DNA of 64,000 nt from Epithemia pelagica (Eukaryota > Protista > Bacillariophyta). The stretch lies in contig OX337228.1 of NCBI GenBank assembly GCA_946965045.2, positions 6,014,001-6,078,000 on the forward strand, written 5' to 3'. The position numbers and the translations under genes are program-made. Shown one piece after another: positions 54,072-64,000 of this stretch (position 1 is its first letter; every line of letters starts with the position of its first letter). A model generated the notes under the pieces. The model did not search any database, had not been told where the DNA came from, and was given only the letters and a program-made list of their open reading frames with translations.

Positions 54072-55468
54072 ATGAAAATTGTATCAACAATTGTGCTCAC
54101 CACCCTTTGCTATGCCTCGGCATTTGGTCTTAATGGACGAGCCGTCAACCGTGGGTTGAAGTCGGCCTCCATCTTCACCAATCCTACGGTCAAGCCTGTC
54201 ATTGAACCCGTTGATATCACTGGAAACCGCATCCAGGAAACCGTAAGTAAATATTGTATCTGGAACAACAACCTCTGAGCAGTTTGCTCGTGTTTCGCCT
54301 GCAATTGACGAGTTTGATGATTGGTTGGCATGCGAGAGCTGCCAATGCTGTCAAGCTTTGAAATCGGAGGTGTCAAGCTTTGAAGTTCCCTGTGATACGT
54401 GATTTGTACACGCAAAGACGGAATCTGACATGATGTGTATCTTACCTTGACACTTGTTCAAATCCATGCATATCCTAGGCCCTTCGCAGCAGTGAGACAG
54501 CTGAAATCCGTGGTGGATCCACCCCCTCGAAAGGTTCTGCTATTGACGTTGGTCTTTTGATTTACTTTGCTCTATGGTACCTTGGAAACTACTATTACAA
54601 CATCACCAACAAACTTGCTTTGACCGCTGCTGGTGGCAAGACTGGTTTCCCCATGACCATCTCTGGACTCCAACTAGGTGTTGGATGTTTGTACGGAATC
54701 TTCTTGTGGCTTGCACCTGATGCTCGTACCAAACCCACTGTCACGATGTCCGACTTGGTCAAGATGCTCCCCGTTGCTTTCTGCTTCATGGGGGCCCACT
54801 CTGCTTCTGTCTTTGCCATGGGTATGGGTGCTGTGTCGTTTGCACAGATTGTCAAGGCCGCCGAACCCGCCTTTGCTGCCGTCCTTTCTCAATTTGTCTA
54901 CGGAAAGAAGATTTCCAAGGCCAAGTGGCTTTGCTTGCCCATTGTCATTGGTGGAGTCGTATTGGCCTCTGTGAAGGAACTTGACTTTGCCTGGTCGGCC
55001 CTTATCTCGGCCTGCATTGCCAACATGTTTGCGGCCGTTCGTGGTAACGAAAACAAGAAGCTCATGGAGACTGAAGGACTCAAGGAACGTATCGGCTCCA
55101 TTGGAAACCAGTTTGCCTTGACTTCCATTCTTGGATTCATTCTCAGTATCCCCCTTATCATTGCCCGGGAAGGTTCTCGTTTCGGTGAATTCGTCCAAAT
55201 GGCCAAGACCACTCCTGCTATCTGGGTCAACTTGGTTGCTTCCGGATTGTTCTTCTACGGATACAACGAACTTGCCACCATGACACTCAAGAAGACTAAC
55301 GCTGTGACACAGTCGGTCGCCAACACCGCCAAGCGTGTCATTGTTATTGTCGGTGTGGCCTTGGTGTTGGGAGAATCCCTCTCCCCCATCAAATTGCTCG
55401 GTTGCTCAATTGGTATCGGTGGAGTCTTCCTTTACTCCATCATCGACAACCTTGTCAAGAGCAAGTAA
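54072..55468 (+). CDS. TPT: Plastid triose-phosphate/phosphate translocator; 2 exons (intron about 54244-54480)
   Basis: Bipartite presequence MKIVSTIVLTTLCYASA-FG. Motifs YFALWYLGNYYYNITNK, GAVSFAQIVKAAEPAF, LASVKELDFAW, LFFYGYNE, VTQSVANTAKRVIVI. Confidence 0.95.
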
Positions 55469-55565
55469 ACGTCATTGTTCATTATAATTGAAGAGATCAG
55501 GTAATGGTAGTCGACACGATCAAGAGTGGCTAACATTGCATAATGTGATCCGTTGTAACTCCTGC

Positions 55566-57854
55566 TCAATTTAGTTGTAGTTCTGCCTTGCTTCCTGGTT
55601 CAGCGGATATTCCTTGAGGAAAGGAGACTTTGCACTTACCAGCTTTTCCGAAAGGAGCAAGGATCTGGCCTACCTCTTTTGTTGATGGGATTCGAACTGT
55701 AGCACCAGCTCTCTCTTTGATGTTAACTTCCATGGAAAAGAAGCCGCTAATGATAGCAACGGTATGCTTCCCAGTCTCAAGCAAATCCCCCTTGAGAGCA
55801 ACAACCTCTCCGTAGGGCTTGATTCCCTTAGGAAAGGTCTGCTTTTTGGACTTTTTCGATGCGCTCTCTATCCGTGTACCCGGCCTAGCCTCCGCCAATA
55901 CCAAATCTTGATGCATCGCCTTGGTCGTATCGTGTAAATAACGCTTAAACTGCATTATGAGTCCTTCTCCTTCCCTCGCCTCGGTGCCGCCAGGAAAGAA
56001 GACACGAAAATGACCCTCCGTACCGAACGAAGATTTGATTTCACCAATATCACCAGTGTGTTCGGTTCGTACTTTCATACCCATAAAAACCTTCATGTTG
56101 GTCTCTTTCTTGAAGAGATTGGCACCAACAATTTCGTATCGGACAACAGTGTTGTCGTCGTTTCTTTTGTGTGGATCTCCAAGTTTGAGAATGACCCCTC
56201 GTCGCTCCTTCACAGTGTACAACCGAATCTTCTCGACGTCCCCATGTTCCAGGTCAACACTTGCCATGAGACGACCGGCAAATGCCAAACGGCAGGATGT
56301 GACCGTGCCTGTATCGCCTCCCGCACTGGCTATAGTATCTGAAATATCTAACCGAGATCCAATGACCAAGCTTTCCATTGGGCAGTAAATTGGTGTCAGG
56401 AACTCTAAGAGTGCCCAATGTAGTGGGTCTGCCTGACCATCAATGACTTCGAGCAAGTTCTCTTGTTGCAAAAAGTCATCTTCGAATGAAAACGCAATCC
56501 TTGGTAGACCCGCCAAATTTGCATCACCACCCAAAGAAGAGGATCCGACAAAGGTTTTGTTTGAGTTTTGCGTCTGCTCTGTTTGATCTGTCTCTGTGTC
56601 TGCTTGGGACAGTTTCCTGTTCAACAGTTCCTTACCACCCCAAAACGTCACCGTGGCCATTACCGTGGTGTGTCCCACCGATACATGGAATTTTGAGCCA
56701 GATTTCAATGCCCCTGCCGTATAGTGTTGAATCTTTCGAACCACTGCAATCGCACCTGTTAACAATCGTACCTTTCCCGGAGTTGCAGCTGTTCCACGCT
56801 CAATTAACTTGGCATCCAAGTTTCCAACACAAATCCCTGCTCGATCGCCCTGGACAATCGTAGGCACTTGTCGTTTGAACATTTGCATGGATTTAACTTT
56901 TCGTTGAAGACCCAGTGAAGGGAACTCAATGACATCGTTGACAGAAACAGAACCGTTGAGGACGGTACCCGTCAGGACCGTGCCTCTCCCCCGTATTGGA
57001 AAGCAGTGATCAATGCTAAAATAGAAAGGTTGTCCATCACCCTTCTTTGTTCCATTTGATATCTGGTCACGAACAGGAGGCCTTAATGAATTACGAAGTA
57101 CTTCCACAAGGACGTCCACGTTGTATGTTTCGTTTCGCCCTGATCGACGGATAGAAGTGTTTCCACCATCTTCCGTGGTATCCGCGGCGACTTTTTCGCC
57201 ACCAATACAAGCCGATACACCTACCGCAGGAGCCTGGGCAAAGCGTGTTCCCTTGAGTCTCTCCCATACCATCTTCTTTGCGTGCTCTATTCTCTCGTCG
57301 CGCTCTTCCTCTAAGAACTGATCCACCTTATTCAGAGCAATCACAACATTTGGAGACGTCAGTTCTGCCAACACCAAGCATTCTGTTGTCTGAGCTTGCC
57401 AGCCTTTGACAGCATCCACAACCAACAGAACCATATCGATGATTTGAGCCCCACCAATGATCGACCGAATAAGACTTGCGTGGCCTGGACAGTCGACGAG
57501 CGTGATTTGAACTTTGTTCTTTTCCTCGTTGTCATCAGGAAAGGACCCTTTCAGTTGAGCAGGAACTTTATCGAGGAAGAAACAGGAAAATCCCAAATCG
57601 AGAGTCATTCCCCTTTGTCGAGACTGTTTTGATTTGTCTAATGCCGCAGTTGAAAGCAGAGTTGACAACGCTTTGACTAGTGATGTCTTGCCAGAATCCA
57701 CATGGCCAAGGACGCCTACGTTGATGTTGAGAACATTTTCAATGCCAAGGAACTCGTTTGCGGCCTGAGATCGGTCACCAGTGGTCTCTGCATGCTGTGA
57801 TTTCTTGTTCTCTTTCTCACCCGTGTCGGAGGAGGACGCCATGGTTAACATCAT
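55566..57854 (-). CDS. EEFSEC: Selenocysteine-specific elongation factor (eEFSec/SelB)
   Basis: NINVGVLGHVDSGKTSL, RGMTLDLGFS, TLVDCPGHASLIRSIIGGAQIID, QAQTTECL, LNKVD, IDHCFPIRGRGTVLTGT, KVKSMQMF, QGDRAGIC, KFHVSVGH, CRLAFAG. Confidence 0.95.
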   Translation of the reverse strand: MMLTMASSSDTGEKENKKSQHAETTGDRSQAANEFLGIENVLNINVGVLGHVDSGKTSLVKALSTLLSTAALDKSKQSRQRGMTLDLGFSCFFLDKVPAQLKGSFPDDNEEKNKVQITLVDCPGHASLIRSIIGGAQIIDMVLLVVDAVKGWQAQTTECLVLAELTSPNVVIALNKVDQFLEEERDERIEHAKKMVWERLKGTRFAQAPAVGVSACIGGEKVAADTTEDGGNTSIRRSGRNETYNVDVLVEVLRNSLRPPVRDQISNGTKKGDGQPFYFSIDHCFPIRGRGTVLTGTVLNGSVSVNDVIEFPSLGLQRKVKSMQMFKRQVPTIVQGDRAGICVGNLDAKLIERGTAATPGKVRLLTGAIAVVRKIQHYTAGALKSGSKFHVSVGHTTVMATVTFWGGKELLNRKLSQADTETDQTEQTQNSNKTFVGSSSLGGDANLAGLPRIAFSFEDDFLQQENLLEVIDGQADPLHWALLEFLTPIYCPMESLVIGSRLDISDTIASAGGDTGTVTSCRLAFAGRLMASVDLEHGDVEKIRLYTVKERRGVILKLGDPHKRNDDNTVVRYEIVGANLFKKETNMKVFMGMKVRTEHTGDIGEIKSSFGTEGHFRVFFPGGTEAREGEGLIMQFKRYLHDTTKAMHQDLVLAEARPGTRIESASKKSKKQTFPKGIKPYGEVVALKGDLLETGKHTVAIISGFFSMEVNIKERAGATVRIPSTKEVGQILAPFGKAGKCKVSFPQGISAEPGSKAELQLN

Positions 57855-58117
57855 TTCTGGATCTCTCGGCGGACGAACACAACATAATGCGACTGAGAGC
57901 GACTAATCACTCGGATCCAACGTTCGTCCGTCGGTCCCTTCTTGGCGACCGGGGGCGCTTACGAAATGCGAGACGTGCACGCAAAATCTGGAGAAAAGAA
58001 AGAATCAGAAAAGCGAAAAGCTCAATTAGATCCACTATTATTTAAGACACGTCACTTTTTCAGAGCAAATTGGAGAACGATGAATGTATTCCTTGCCTTC
58101 GTTAAAGATGGAGATCG

Positions 58118-59071
58118 ATGACGAAAGAGCATTCTCACTCCATCGAATCGCCTCTCGACATCATTCCTCAAGCTTCGAGCGAACCAAAAAATGATTCTTC
58201 GGCCATCCGCCTGTCCCTGAATCCAGTCCCCTTTCTCAATTGCCATCCTCTATCCTCCGTTCCATTTTCCAGATTGATGGCACAATTTCTCAATGGCCTT
58301 TCTCATCACTCTGCTTTGTCAAGTCATTCCAAACCAATGTCGAAAACCCAGACACCAGCCATGTTTCTCAGGCAGATGCAAGAGGCGACGTTCAGCTCCT
58401 CCGTACTCATTTGGCAAAGGCAGTACTTCCAAGCATGTGGATTGTTGGGTTCTGTCTGCTGTGCACTCGTCGAAGGCGAAATGATGAGACCACGCAGAAC
58501 GCACTCTCCGAGTCAACTTCCAAGTGAATGTCGACGCACGCATGATTTCTCGGTTGTACCAGTCTCAAAGGATTGCAACATTTCCAGTCCGGAATGGCAC
58601 GAGGAATTTTTCAGTTACCCGTTCATGATACTGGTTGCCAACAGCCAAGAGACGGCAACAGAGGGAACAATCACTAATGAGATTGTCTCGACATGCAAGG
58701 CAACCTGTCTCTTTAATTTGGGCCTCACCTACCATTTGGCCGCTATGCGGGAAGGCTTGAACTCTACGGACCTCCTCAGAAAGGCCTGTGTCTTTTATGG
58801 CCATGCGTGGACGAGACTTCGAAATTTCATGGATGACTTGATTGATGGTGATGGCAGCACAAAATTTCTCCTGATGGCCATATGCACAAACCTCGCCAAA
58901 TGTTACTATCATCTTGGTCATTGGAATGCCTCCCATGAATCCATGGCGTCTCTGGACGAACTATTGAAATACTCTTCCATCGATGACAATGGACTCACCA
59001 TCGGACTCCACGACTTTTTTATCATGAAATCTGCCATTGGCACGGGGTTCTTTGCAGCGGGAGCGGCTTAG
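58118..59071 (+). CDS. Hypothetical helical (TPR-like) protein ending in an AGAA motif
   Basis: CLFNLGLTYHL...LRKACVFYGHAW...LLMAICTNLAKCYYHLG helical-repeat pattern, of the kind common among diatom hypothetical proteins. Confidence 0.7.
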   Translation: MTKEHSHSIESPLDIIPQASSEPKNDSSAIRLSLNPVPFLNCHPLSSVPFSRLMAQFLNGLSHHSALSSHSKPMSKTQTPAMFLRQMQEATFSSSVLIWQRQYFQACGLLGSVCCALVEGEMMRPRRTHSPSQLPSECRRTHDFSVVPVSKDCNISSPEWHEEFFSYPFMILVANSQETATEGTITNEIVSTCKATCLFNLGLTYHLAAMREGLNSTDLLRKACVFYGHAWTRLRNFMDDLIDGDGSTKFLLMAICTNLAKCYYHLGHWNASHESMASLDELLKYSSIDDNGLTIGLHDFFIMKSAIGTGFFAAGAA

Positions 59072-59255
59072 GGTATATGCCCTCCTTCTGGGAGAACGAA
59101 TGTGTGCTGGTTTAGATCAATCTCAGATTTGTACAGTTGTAAATAATCAGAGGAACACTGGTACCTTTTCTTGAAACCAATCTTTAACTTTTCTTTTCTC
59201 CCATAGTTCCAATGGGGTCGTGAACTCGAGAGGATTTGCCAGGGAGTGCGTAGAG

Positions 59256-59277
59256 GTACTCCTACTCCTAGGAGTAG
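59256..59277. promoter_or_regulatory. Perfect 16-bp palindrome CTACTCCTAGGAGTAG (59262-59277), strongest instance of a recurrent intergenic TACTCCTA motif
   Basis: Read directly from the sequence. The same octamer occurs at about 15 intergenic loci in this window. A regulatory role is inferred only. Confidence 0.45.
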
Positions 59278-59450
59278 TCGATATTGTCCTTTGTTATGGT
59301 TTTTGTTTGATGAAAAGGATAGCTGACCTAAATTCACGTGCGATTATGAGAGACTTAGCTGCGACTGATTGAAATTCGACAAATCAATGAGAGAGCATGT
59401 CGATGTCAATGGGATATTCTCACATCTCATTCTCAATAAGGGACGGCATC

Positions 59451-60773
59451 ATGTCTGACCTTAAGAACAATGTTCGAATTCTTTGTCTCCACGAAGAGGG
59501 ATCGAATGCTCTGGAGCTGAAACAGAAACTCCGTAAGCTTGGAGATAGACTTTACTTGGAACATGAGATTGACCTAGTTTATGTGAATGCACCACTGGTC
59601 AAGTCGACCGAAAGTGCCTCCAAGCATCCCGATACCGGCTCGGTAAGCCATTCATTCCGTACCAACTCCACAAGTTCAGCAGAAGTCGATAACAACGACA
59701 AGCGAGTATGGTGGGACGAAGACATGAAAATGCCGAGCAACCCAATGACGGCACAATCGTTGTACGATGACGACGAGGCCGAAGACCCATTTCAGTCTTC
59801 TTCCACCCAAGAGGTATCAAACGAGAACGGCCGAATGGCCGTTCCACATGACAAGGTCTATGAGTCTCAGGGTGCCAATTCTGGCAGCAGCAAAGACTTT
59901 GTGGGTTTGGATGCGTCTCTTTTGTTGCTGAAGCAAGTGTGGAGGTCTTCGTCCACCATTGGAATTTTGGGCGTAGGTCAAGGTGCTTCGATGGGAGCAT
60001 TGTTGACTCTCGTTCTTCAGCAAGAATCTGCCTTGACTGGAAAGTTGATACCACCGCAATTTGCATTATTTATCAATGCGCACTCATCTCTGCTGCCAAC
60101 TGATTTTTCGGAGGCTTCCATTCTCAATCACTCTCCTCGTCCACAATTTATGCACTTGTTCTCGGATGCGCTAGGAGAAAGCAGTTCTAGTGCAACTGCC
60201 AGTAGCACCCCGTCCAAAAACTGTGATAGAGGACCCCAAAAAGAAGCATCATTACTCTTTCAACAACTGGGTGGAGAATGGCACCATCACAACAACGGCA
60301 TTTCGTCTACCACTCTTGATGAGAACAATGGAGACCACCGGAGACATTGGAGACCAAGCACAATCGATCTGAACCTTGTTGGACGGTTTTTGGTCCGACA
60401 GAAGAACCGCATTGGTAAATTTCATTTCAATCCTGATCTGAACAGTACTACTAGTGAGGGAATCGTGGAAGCTCAAGAGTCGGCTGGGTTGGTCGCTTTG
60501 CAGCAAGCATTGCATCAAACAGAACATGAAGCCTCGTCTTTGATTGCCAGCGAAATAGCAGCAAATCCACCCAAGGCTCTCATGGCAATTATTCAACCGT
60601 CCCTCGTCTCGGGAAGACCATGGGACTCCATGGATCGACCACCTGGGGGTGGAGCGCCGTGTCCATCGGAATTCTTGTTGAAGCGAGAAAAGCGTGAAAC
60701 GTCCAACGGAATGGCGGGACCTAGCCGTGAACATCCTTCAAACAGCAACGGAAGTTCAACGGATAGCACATAG
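59451..60773 (+). CDS. FSH1/OVCA2-like alpha/beta-hydrolase homolog lacking the catalytic serine
   Basis: VRILCLHEEGSNA (cf. LHG..QN), LVYVNAP, GLDASLLLLKQVW, GILGVGQGA (cf. G.LGFSQGA), PQFALFI. C-terminal extension. Confidence 0.75.
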   Translation: MSDLKNNVRILCLHEEGSNALELKQKLRKLGDRLYLEHEIDLVYVNAPLVKSTESASKHPDTGSVSHSFRTNSTSSAEVDNNDKRVWWDEDMKMPSNPMTAQSLYDDDEAEDPFQSSSTQEVSNENGRMAVPHDKVYESQGANSGSSKDFVGLDASLLLLKQVWRSSSTIGILGVGQGASMGALLTLVLQQESALTGKLIPPQFALFINAHSSLLPTDFSEASILNHSPRPQFMHLFSDALGESSSSATASSTPSKNCDRGPQKEASLLFQQLGGEWHHHNNGISSTTLDENNGDHRRHWRPSTIDLNLVGRFLVRQKNRIGKFHFNPDLNSTTSEGIVEAQESAGLVALQQALHQTEHEASSLIASEIAANPPKALMAIIQPSLVSGRPWDSMDRPPGGGAPCPSEFLLKREKRETSNGMAGPSREHPSNSNGSSTDST

Positions 60774-60876
60774 AGTTCATGTCCAAAGATTCATCACGTA
60801 GAATTCATGTACTCCTACACTCACATAGAGTCAGCAAGTAGAGATCATGTCCACTATGCTTGTATTTTAATTGCTC

Positions 60877-62827
60877 CTAGTTCTTTGTGGAAGGGCAGTA
60901 CTCACGACAGTAGGACGGAAGCCGTTTCTGCAGCTCATCGCGATCAAGTTCATTGGAAAAGTTGACTGATACAACGTCGCCTCCAGGGCAATCGACTTCG
61001 AGATGGACGTATGGCTGGCTAACAATAGAAGCAGTGACAGTGTTACAATCGTCACAATACCACCACTTGTTTGCCTGGTCCTCCCAAGGAGGGAACGGAA
61101 CGCATGACAACCACGTACAATCCGGACAAACGGAAGACGTAGGTTCCATGTTGAGGAGAATCGCCAAAGTGACCGAGATCGATAGTAAGGAAAAAATGAG
61201 CCCAAAGAATCGAATCACAAAGTGCTTCACTTGAGTCCAGACAGTATCTTCCATGCCGAAAAAGTCTGTGGACAATCGCTCCATAGTGCTCAACCCGCAT
61301 AAAAATCCATATGCCATTCCTCCCAAGTGAGTAAAGTTGTCCACGTAGGGTCTACCGGTGAAATCAAACGGTCAGTTCTTTCGCGATGAATACAGAAAGG
61401 TACGACGAGAGCAACTTACGTTAATCCAATTATTGAGTTGAGCGCAATATCCAGAAGGAGGACAACAAAAACCCAAATATGGCGGTGCTTTTTCCCGTTT
61501 TCAGTGACAAAGTCGCAAAAGAGAAGGTTCCAGTTCATAATAATATCCGCGATGCATGCTCCGATAAAACCAAAGATTCCACCAGATGCTCCAACTGTGA
61601 TATAGTCAGGGAGGAAGATTCCACTTAAAATGGTTCCACCGACGGCCGAAATGCAGAAAATGATCATGGCAGCAAACCAGCCATGGCTCGTTTCAATCGC
61701 TCCTCCTACGGACCACAGCGCCAGCATGTTGATAAGGAAATGGACCAAACCAGCGTGAAGAACTGTCGCACTGAGAAGTCGCCAACCCTCATCCTCTTCA
61801 ATGATCTTGGTTGTATCTTTGGCACCCATTTTGATGAGCGTTTCTGCACTTGGACCAATCATTGGGTTTACGTCCAAAGGCTCGACTTTCCAATCGTTCA
61901 CGGCGATTGATGCAATCATGATAATCGTGCAAACAAACAAAAGAAAATACGTAAAGAAAGGTCGGTTGTATCCCTTTCTTTTGTTCTTGTCAAAGTCTGC
62001 CCAGGACTGATAGGATTCGTTGTTGGCACGTCGCCAAGCAGCATCTTCGGCCCACTCCACGTCTGTTCGAATAGCCGACAAAAAGTCGTAGAGGCCCAAA
62101 ATTCCCCAGGGTCTCTCGTCTCCATACTTTTTGCGGCGGCGGTCCTGAGCCCATTGGAAATCACGGATTCTTCGAGCTAGTTCTGGAGCCATAAAATCGG
62201 AACCCTTCCAGTCCGCCGATAGCTTTCCAGCCACTAGTCGAAGCTGGGCAATGTCATCCTCTCGGTTTTCCATATTGGGATGGATGTCACCAGGAGCAAT
62301 AAATGTAGAACGACCTGGCGTGATGGGAACAATTTCTTCGATTTCATCTTCATAACTGAACGATAAATCAAGTGGGCAATGGAAATTAGGGAAATTTTGA
62401 TTAAAACTCTCTCTCGATGTTCCTGTGACAGACGTACGTACCTATCAAGGGGCGAATTGTCATCTTGGTCAACAAGGACCGCAGCGATATGTAGGTTATT
62501 GCTGTTTGCCCGAATTGAAATTGGAACGGCTTGAGCATCATTGTCGTAGCTTGAGGGATTGCTGTGTTGCATTATACCCATTGGAGTTTGTGTCGTGTAT
62601 GGGTTCGTGGCAGGTGGACGTGCATTCGAGTTTTGGTCCAAACTATCTTCCGTGGTATACAAACTTCGAGTTGTGAGCGGATTCATCGCTGGTGGCCGAG
62701 CGTTCGAGTTCTGATCCATGCTGTCTTCGGCAGTATACAAACTCGCCTCCTCAGGCGTTGGCGTCCGTGGCTCCAGGCTCACTGGGAGTCCACCATTGAT
62801 GGTTCCTTTATGTGGAGTCGCAACCAT
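60877..62827 (-). CDS. Active-type rhomboid intramembrane serine protease; 3 exons
   Basis: NPMIGPSAETL, EGWRLLSATVLHAGLVHFLINM, catalytic TVGASGGIFG, GLT|PYVDNFTHLGG (catalytic His). Cys-rich C-terminus CPDCTWLSCVPFPPW. Introns near 62440-62357 and 61419-61352. Confidence 0.93.
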
Positions 62828-63525
62828 CTCCGAATGTCTTTGAGTAAGGCGTCAGAAACTGAGATTGAAAGAGTTGACCTTCTCCAGCCCGAAGCACTTG
62901 TTAAGGCTTGTAACGTTTGTCGTACTCCTATTACAAGTTGTCGATAAAGGGATGGATTTCCAAGTTTCGTTGGTTGTACTCCTATGACGAGTTGTAGTTG
63001 TCGATTGACTCCACGCACCTTTGTCCTTCTGGAGTGACAAAGAAAAAATGAGTGGGCGTTCCTGCTTATGCTCGACAGGCTCAGAGCGGGACTCGGTAAC
63101 GAGTCTATTTATGTCATGTGGAGAAAATAACCGTTAAATTTGTCGCTGGATGTGCACGACGGACGATCGCCGTGACGAATATTCCTTGATTTCGCCATAC
63201 CGGCGCGCAATAGGATATGGCCGTTTAATGAGCGTTACGATTCGCTTGCTACTAAGGATGAACGTCTGGCCGTGCACCGTACCCGCGGAACTTGGCGCAT
63301 TGGAAATTGGAAATCGGGATCTTCCCGGACACGTCCAATGGAAACCATGGCTTTCAAGCAGGAAATCAAAGACTTCTTTTCATGGAATATCCTAGAGTTG
63401 ATTATCATGCTATCGTCGAATACGTTGTGCTGTCAAGCTCTGCAAGTCACAAAGATATTACATGAGTTCCTCGTCGGAACGAAAAACGCAAAGCAGGCGA
63501 GCTGTTGACCATGACAGGAATGGAA

Positions 63526-63813
63526 CTACTTGCTGGACCGGGCTCCACTGGGAGAGGTGTACGTCGAAGATCCATTGCCATTGTTGTAGTAGGTCGAGCC
63601 GTTGTCATTGCTGTAGTAGTAGGAACCGTTTGAGTTGGAGTCTGCACAGAAAAAAAGATATGAGGTCAGCATCGAAAAGACAACAATGAATGATGTAATA
63701 TCAGTCTTCTTGCAACAAGATGATTACTCACAATGGTAGGAGGAACCTGTGTTGGAGTTGCTTCCTCCCGGAGTGTTGTAGTGGTTGCCTTGGCTGTTTG
63801 TCCCGGACGGCAT
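63526..63813 (-). CDS. 65-aa Ser/Asn/Gly/Tyr-rich microprotein; 2 exons (63813-63732, 63641-63526); not in the ORF track
   Basis: Spliced translation: MPSGTNSQGNHYNTPGGSNSNTGSSYHYSNSNGSYYYSNDNGSTYYNNGNGSSTYTSPSGARSSK*. The 90-nt intron has a gtgagt donor, a ctgac branch point, a T-rich tract and a cag acceptor, and the phase is preserved. Confidence 0.85.
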
Positions 63814-64000
63814 TGTCAATGTTTGCTATAGGATATGAGAAATCGAATTGCTCTCAGAGAAATAATGAGAGACGAAAGACATCTAAATTCAAAAGTTCCA
63901 TCCGACAGAGACAGATGGGATCTGGAATTGGTTGGTAGAAAATGTACCAAGATTCTACGTACGGGTGAAATCTACGAGCTCAACGAGGACGCGCGCAACG

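Noticed and set aside
54244-54480. Box C/D snoRNA candidate in the TPT intron (TGATGA ... CTGA; 14-bp direct repeat TGTCAAGCTTTGAA)
   Set aside because: No terminal stem and no convincing rRNA-complementary guide of 10 nt or more could be identified by eye.

Overview
This is gene-dense eukaryotic nuclear DNA with short GT-AG introns. It is almost certainly from a diatom, probably a pennate one: plastid proteins carry bipartite ASAF-type presequences, and there is a delta-5-type elongase, a zeta-carotene desaturase and a triose-phosphate translocator. The species cannot be named from sequence alone. I find about 30 protein-coding genes, one intron-containing tRNA-Arg(CCT), several short tandem duplications, and no intact transposon, rRNA or CRISPR array. 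Most genes are housekeeping (DBR1, SEC1, CDK7, DBP9, PRP5, SET1-like, VIT1, PDI-like, eEFSec, two rhomboid-superfamily proteins, NRS/ER). The most unusual items are: (1) a stand-alone fatty acyl-AMP ligase + acyl-carrier-like didomain ending in a CaaX prenylation box; (2) a single-ORF fusion of a BED zinc finger, a basic NLS and an NADPH-dependent FMN reductase; (3) an eEFSec with an apparently duplicated C-terminal domain 4; (4) a spliced 65-aa S/N/G/Y-rich microprotein missed by the ORF track; (5) a TACTCCTA/TAGGAGTA octamer recurring in most intergenic spacers, often as palindromes. All family calls come from motif recognition by eye; no database searches were run.
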